A stretch of DNA of 64,000 nt. Source: Psilocybe cubensis (Eukaryota). Shown here piece by piece: positions 58,441 through 64,000 of this stretch (its first letter is position 1; the number at the start of each line of letters is the position of its first letter). The stretch covers positions 2,542,001 to 2,606,000 of the forward strand of contig CM039007.1 of NCBI GenBank assembly GCA_017499595.2, given 5' to 3'. Under the pieces are notes generated by a model, which was given only the letters and a program-made list of their open reading frames with translations, searched no databases and was not told where the DNA came from. Both the position numbers and the translations under genes were made by a program.

Positions 58441-58931
58441 GGTATGCTTCTAGTTGATGTGTAATGTGAATTCGATGGGGGTGGTAATGAAAGGTCTTGA
58501 AAGGCCTCGTCATATTTATACTTCGCTACAGGTGCTTATAGTACGATGTGTATCATTATGCAGCGTCAGTAAATCTATCTTTAATTCAGGAGATGAATGC
58601 GAAAACGACATCAGCGGAGAAGCTGACGCCCACTGTCCTGCTTATTTGACACGAATCCTACTCCATCGGAGATATATTATTACAGACTTTAGTCTTTAAT
58701 TTCTCTCCGACGCAAGAGCCGAGAGGATCGAGTTTCCTGCGTTCCAAAGCAAAGTAAGAATCGAAGCTTATAGAGGTATCGCTAATGGTTGCGGAAGGGT
58801 AACTGCGTCCAACTCTAAACGTTCCATCTCACTAAGTTTGGGCGCTAAATCCTTTAAGCGCTTTAGTGGCCAGAACTGTTTGCTCGGATGTGGCCCAGGT
58901 CCGGAATGTAATCTACACCGACAGGAGTATC

Positions 58932-59033
58932 GGTTCAATGGTCTAGTGGTTATGATTTCTGTCTCACATTGAGATTTGCTGAAACTTGTCTTCAGTGCAC
59001 AGAAGGTCTCCAGTTCGATCCTGGATTGAACCA
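58932..59033 (+). tRNA. tRNA-Val(CAC) with a 29-nt intron (58969-58997)
   Basis: Acceptor stem GGTTCAA/TTGAACC, anticodon stem TCTGT/ACAGA around CT-CAC-A|C, T-arm TCCAG-TTCGATC-CTGGA, and a T-run terminator directly downstream. Confidence 0.95.
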
Positions 59034-59841
59034 ATTTTTGCACCTTTGTCGTTAGTCTTCTTTACTCTTTACAGGTGACCATTTGACAGATTCATCATGT
59101 GTGTGGCCTTGACCGCCTTGCGGCGACCGTTCGAAGAACTCTTGATTTGTTCTGGTCCCATTGCAGAACAGCTCTAGTCCCTCTGGTTTTAGACTTCCCA
59201 AGTTCCGCTTCTCTCGCGCTCGGGGTCCGTCACGAGATATCCCAGTACTTCTCCGCAGCTAGCCCCACTTCATTCCAGAGAATGTAAACGGGGGCTTCTG
59301 TGCGGACAATTCTAACAATAGCCGCGAACCGTATGCGAAAATAAAAAGGCCTACAATAAATAAATGGCTGTGATAAAACACCTTGTTTATTCCAGGGAGT
59401 CTGGATCGCTACACATTTAGCTAAATTTCAAGATTTGGTACACAAACACGAGAACGAAGTAAAGTCTCTACTAAACTAGCAGACAGCACTTCAAGAAGTC
59501 CGGAGGTCAACCAGAGAAGGTCGGCCAGAAAATAAATAAATCAAAAACACGTTTCGAGTGGCAAGGCGGGGTGGAAGAAAAGGCGAGAAATGGAATAGAA
59601 AGAACACAGGTAAGAAGGTCAACGGCACATGTGGGTTAGATATGTAAGTAGTAATGTTGGCATTCGAAGCAATCAAACAAACAAGGGGATCAAGACGCGC
59701 AGGAGATAGTACAGAAGGAGTAAAGTTCAACAGAGAAAAAAAAAGATAGGGGTTATAAGGAGCACCAACGAAAAAAAGATAAAGAAACAAGGTGGAAAGA
59801 AAGAGATATACGGGCGCAGTTGGTCTGAGTAAGATGATATC

Positions 59842-61058
59842 CTACATGACAACGCAGGATTTGGCTTGAGGCTCGCTTTGGTGGGGAGCTTGCATCCGTT
59901 CGATTTCTTGTAAGCAAAGTTCGAAGACTTTGCCTGGAAAGAGGATAGGGGCGTGAGTTAAAGCCGGAAGGGTGTTGTTAAAAATACACCTACCGACGTT
60001 GATGTTATTCTTAGCACTCGTTTCAATCCAAGCGCAATCAATTTGCTTGGCCAAGGTTTCGACGTCTTTAGAGTCAACTTGACGCCTGTGAGAAACAGAT
60101 ATATCAGTAGTTGTTGAACAACTTGCACTGCCGTTTAGGCGTGCTGCTTGGAACAGAGTCAGAGATTGAAGCAAGTCAAATAAATCGACTACATTCTTCA
60201 ATGCAGAAAATGCAAAAGGACTAGGAACTTCTCGGTCTTGCACTCGGTGTAACTGTGTCTGTCAAGTACACGAAGCGGAATCCAGAAAGAACACGTAGTT
60301 TTTGCAATTTTTGTCGAAGAATATTGAATCTCTGCCATACCAGCGGCCCGTTAAACAGTGCTGTCAAAAAATGGAGTACTGACGATATCGACAAGTCACT
60401 CTTTGATCCAACTATGACACAAGGAACCTTGGAGACACCGCAGAAGTCCACGATTTTGTCGTAGACGATTTGGATCATGTTGAATGAATTCCGCGATGTG
60501 ATGGAGTAAACAAGTACGTAGCCGTGTATCCCAATGGCGTATTGTGCGTTGATTGGAGAGTATTCATCCTACGTCGGAAAAATGCGAAAAGAACCGAAGC
60601 AATTGATGATAAGATTACGCAATTGAATGGTCCTGAAAACGACGCACCTGTCCAGCAGTGTCGATAATGTGGCAATCGTACTCTACTCCCTTGTATACGA
60701 CGCTCTTGGCAAAAGTGGATTCGATGGTGGGGTAGTAGGAATCTTGGAAGTGGTTCTAGGTAATGGATTTGTCTGAGTACGTCCCCCTTTCGACTCGAAC
60801 ATCGCACAGCGAAGCATACCTCGATGAATTGCTTCACAAGAGAAGATTTTCCTGATCAACACCATAACTATTTGTCAGTACAAACGCAAGAGAACGTTAT
60901 GATGCAGAAAGTGTCAGCAGAGAGATCAACAGAAGCCTCGTTATTTCCTTGTCAAGACCGACATAAAGACAGAAGTCCATATAATCTAGACCGAGCTCAC
61001 CTACAGACCGAGATCCCAGCACTGCAATTTTTCGCTTCTTCAGAGGGTTTCCAGACAT
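59842..61058 (-). CDS. RHB1: Rheb small GTPase
   Basis: RKIAVLGSRSVG|KSS (Rheb-specific Arg in G1), YYPTIE, DTAGQ|DEYS, VGSKSDL, ETSAK and CAAX box CVVM*. Confidence 0.95.
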
Positions 61059-62472
61059 ATTGTGCGCCCAATAACGACCTCTTTGTGAGCTGGAGATGGG
61101 GGAGCAAAAGAGAGGAAGAGTTGCAGGGGTGAGTGCTCAGTGGAGAAAGGTGGGCCGGCCTTTTGCATGTCACCCAGTGACATGTATTACATAACTCTTG
61201 ATGCTCAAAATTGAAATGTGCGTTTTTCAAATGCTTTTTGCTTTGTACTGGTTTCTTCAAACTGACACCTTGTTCTGAGCTCCCTGACACTATAAAAAAG
61301 CTGTTCCAACATATTCGTCAACTATTTGGTCACCGTAGACTGTGGCACCTTCTTGAAAATTTCCTCGAAAAGTTACAACACTTGATACCGATCGCGGTCT
61401 ATCAATCTGCCTTGCATTTCATGCAGTTTTCAAGAATTTTCCATGCCCACCTCGTCCCGAGTGTTCCATACTAGCAAGAACCGACCGTACATGTACATCA
61501 GCACAGCTACATATCGTCCAAATCCTTATGGATCAAGCCAATTCTTAACAACGCGTCCAACAAGATACTGTTAATAATCTCAGCCTCTAATCGAACTTTT
61601 ACTCAAGCTCTAGTTCCAAGAAAAGCACACTATCTTTCATGGCGTAATGCCTCCTTCGACGACTATCATTCTATCAAGCAGAAGCTCTATTAAAACCATC
61701 CCTATATATACCGTGTCCTTATCTTCTTCCTATTTAGAACCGAAATGGACAAGGAACAGGCCCACCCGAAATCATAACGCGTCCGGTTACCATGCTCATG
61801 GTGTCATGCGTCATTCTCCGCGAAATATTCTGATGTCGAATTATCAATAGAGGGTAAGAGTTGCGTTGAAATCGAACAATTGAAGGTGAGGGTGGCGGTA
61901 TCGAGGGAAAAAGCAGCTCAACCCCGCCGAAAGTGGGGTACCGAGGTAACGATAAGACCCACAATCTTGAGAATTCACGTATATAGCAAACGACACACGA
62001 CTATAGCTCATCATTGAATACTGTCTCATCGCAGTCTTATCTCATTGATATCATTGAGAACAGCAGGCTTTGGAGTCTGGACTAGACAAATTCGTGCTGC
62101 ATAACAAACTAACTAACAGTACACAATACTACAATGGAACAACAGCTATCTGTAACTCGGACAGCTGAACGTCTACACTACTAGTAACTAGATGGATTGC
62201 ACGGAATGATGACCGATAAAGCCGATCTATGTTTAAGAAGAATTCTTCCAACCCCTCGTCACAATAAATAGACCTCATAGCAATCAGGAAACCAAAAAAG
62301 GACGAGAGAAAAGTGGGGGATGGAATAAAATGAAACAGAGTGAGGAAGCGTCCGGGGAGTACTATACATTACCAAGCAAAAAAGAAAGGGAAGATTATAC
62401 ATTGGCAAGAAGAATTTGAAAAGGAGATTGAGATGATTGGCTTGGCTGGCTAGTGAAGGATCGAAAGAGGCC

Positions 62473-64000
62473 CTAACCGTGGAATTCGAGGCAGTTACTG
62501 CACATTCCCTTCGGTTTGAAAGGGTTCTGTCTGAATTGCTCGCACTGCGCAGCACCACCAACACCCTCGAGCTCAATCGCGCTCTCAAACGGCGACCTAT
62601 CATACCCATGCCCGCTTACAGACGATGCAGGCGTCGTCAATGTGGAAGCCGATCCATTCAGCGTGTGGCTTGCAGCAGCACCAGGCGCCTTCCGTTCCGG
62701 AATAGGCGGACCTGTAGCGGGCACCTGGCTTATCGCACGTCGCGGAGGTGGCGGTGGGGGTATTTTCTTGGTCGGCGTCGTCGTGCCCGTTGACACACTC
62801 CCGCTACCGTACACATTGCTCGCGCTCCCTCCTCCGCCCCCTAGCCCACCTGAAGTGGGGCTCGGAGCTTCACTCATGGAGCGGTTAATCAACGGCTGTT
62901 GCGCGGGGTCCAACGACCGCAACATATTCCTGCGCGCTTGCGAGAGCATCGAGGGCGTTGAGAAAGAGGGCAAAGTGCTACTGTTCTGCTGCTGCTGTGT
63001 TTGGGGCTGTTGGGGCTGCTGAGGAGGCTTCGGCGGGCCCCAGTTGTCGTCGCCATTGTCATCAGGGAACGCCACCCGCTGCCGAGTACTGACTGGCTGT
63101 ATCCGTTTGGTGTCCTCGTCGTCGGCCTCGTCTGCCATGCTCCCTGTGAAGCTCGCCTTGTCGTCAAATCCACCGTAAAAGATAGGGCTGCGGTTCACCG
63201 CCATCGGCGTAGCGCGGATGATCTGCTCCTCATCAGCATCGCTCGTCATATAATGGTCATGGTCATGGTCGTGTCGGTAGTCGCCGTCAAAATCGCTGTC
63301 GTCTTGGTCGTAACCTGGGCCTGGGTGAATGACCCGTGGAGGCTTCCCAGGAGGGAACATCGACTTGTTGGACCCCACGACTTCCGTGTAAGATGTTGGA
63401 AATAGGCCTCGGTGCCCGTTAACCTCGCCCATCCACCAGTCATCCAAAACTTCATGAACAACAATGATGTCATTGCCGGCCTTGAAACTCAACTCGTCTG
63501 ACGAGCCAGAAAAGTCGTATAGTGCACGCACAACCTTCTGGCCTTGAGCCGATGGTGGTTTGAGAATCTTGGGCGTAGCAGTGGTCGTTCCTGAGAGACT
63601 TTCTTTTGATTTGTTCTTGGAGCTTTTGCGACCAAGGGAACGGAAACTGGAAGATTTGTGGAGAGTACCATTTTCAGTGGCTCCAGGGTGCTGGTCGTCG
63701 TCGAGTGTAGTAAATGAGTCGGTGTCTTTGCTCTTCTTGTTCTTGCTTCCCGTGACAGATTCGACAGCGCTGGATGCCCAACCTGTGACGCTCTTCCGTC
63801 GTGGTCTATTATCGTCCTTCTCTTTTTCCTTGTCTTTGTCTTCTGACGAGCCTTTCGTCGTCGCCGAGCTACTTGCACGCTTCCTTGAAAGCCTCGAAGC
63901 TGGCCTTGAAGGAGGCTTACTCGCAGTAGATCCAGCTCTGGAGTGTCTGCCAGAAATAGGACCAGGAGTGGTAGGTCGATCGTCCTCGGACGAATCAGAA
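62473..64000 (-). CDS. SH3-domain, proline-rich protein (5' part lies outside the window)
   Basis: SH3 VRALYDFSGSSDELSFKAG...WWMGEVNGHRGLFPTSY; the frame is open to the window end; PxxP tracts and a Cys/His C-terminal motif. Confidence 0.88.
   Translation of the reverse strand, partial: SDSSEDDRPTTPGPISGRHSRAGSTASKPPSRPASRLSRKRASSSATTKGSSEDKDKEKEKDDNRPRRKSVTGWASSAVESVTGSKNKKSKDTDSFTTLDDDQHPGATENGTLHKSSSFRSLGRKSSKNKSKESLSGTTTATPKILKPPSAQGQKVVRALYDFSGSSDELSFKAGNDIIVVHEVLDDWWMGEVNGHRGLFPTSYTEVVGSNKSMFPPGKPPRVIHPGPGYDQDDSDFDGDYRHDHDHDHYMTSDADEEQIIRATPMAVNRSPIFYGGFDDKASFTGSMADEADDEDTKRIQPVSTRQRVAFPDDNGDDNWGPPKPPQQPQQPQTQQQQNSSTLPSFSTPSMLSQARRNMLRSLDPAQQPLINRSMSEAPSPTSGGLGGGGGSASNVYGSGSVSTGTTTPTKKIPPPPPPRRAISQVPATGPPIPERKAPGAAASHTLNGSASTLTTPASSVSGHGYDRSPFESAIELEGVGGAAQCEQFRQNPFKPKGMCSNCLEFHG

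Overview
Intron-rich fungal nuclear DNA, most likely from an Agaricomycete/Agaricales (about 50-70 nt GT-AG introns, DUF6533/6534/6535 families, a FunK1 kinase, class II peroxidases). About 21 intact protein genes can be spliced by hand: a NUDIX hydrolase, an AIF/FSP1-like oxidoreductase, eIF2-gamma, a sesquiterpene synthase, a divergent Cdc20-family APC/C activator, GH38 alpha-mannosidase, BAP31, Ubp6, PIG-X/Pbn1, three tandem atypical (Glu/Ser/Asp) manganese peroxidases, an importin-13-like karyopherin, a P450, Rheb, a partial SH3 protein and several uncharacterised proteins. There is also one intron-containing tRNA-Val(CAC) and three probable pseudogenes. The most notable observations are: (1) a non-coding 1.3-kb block (26.1-27.35 kb) with three copies of a hairpin whose arms are conserved but whose loop varies, plus a G-U-rich hairpin, together a candidate microRNA-like RNA cluster; (2) a predicted 2-nt exon needed to build a conserved Trp codon in alpha-mannosidase; (3) the ESD-type MnP array, including a 9-aa internal duplication in one copy and a decayed kinase/NTPase pair between copies; (4) an APC/C coactivator that keeps its C-box and IR tail but appears to have lost its KEN-box receptor residues. 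All gene models and RNA pairings were made by eye, with no database search or folding software.
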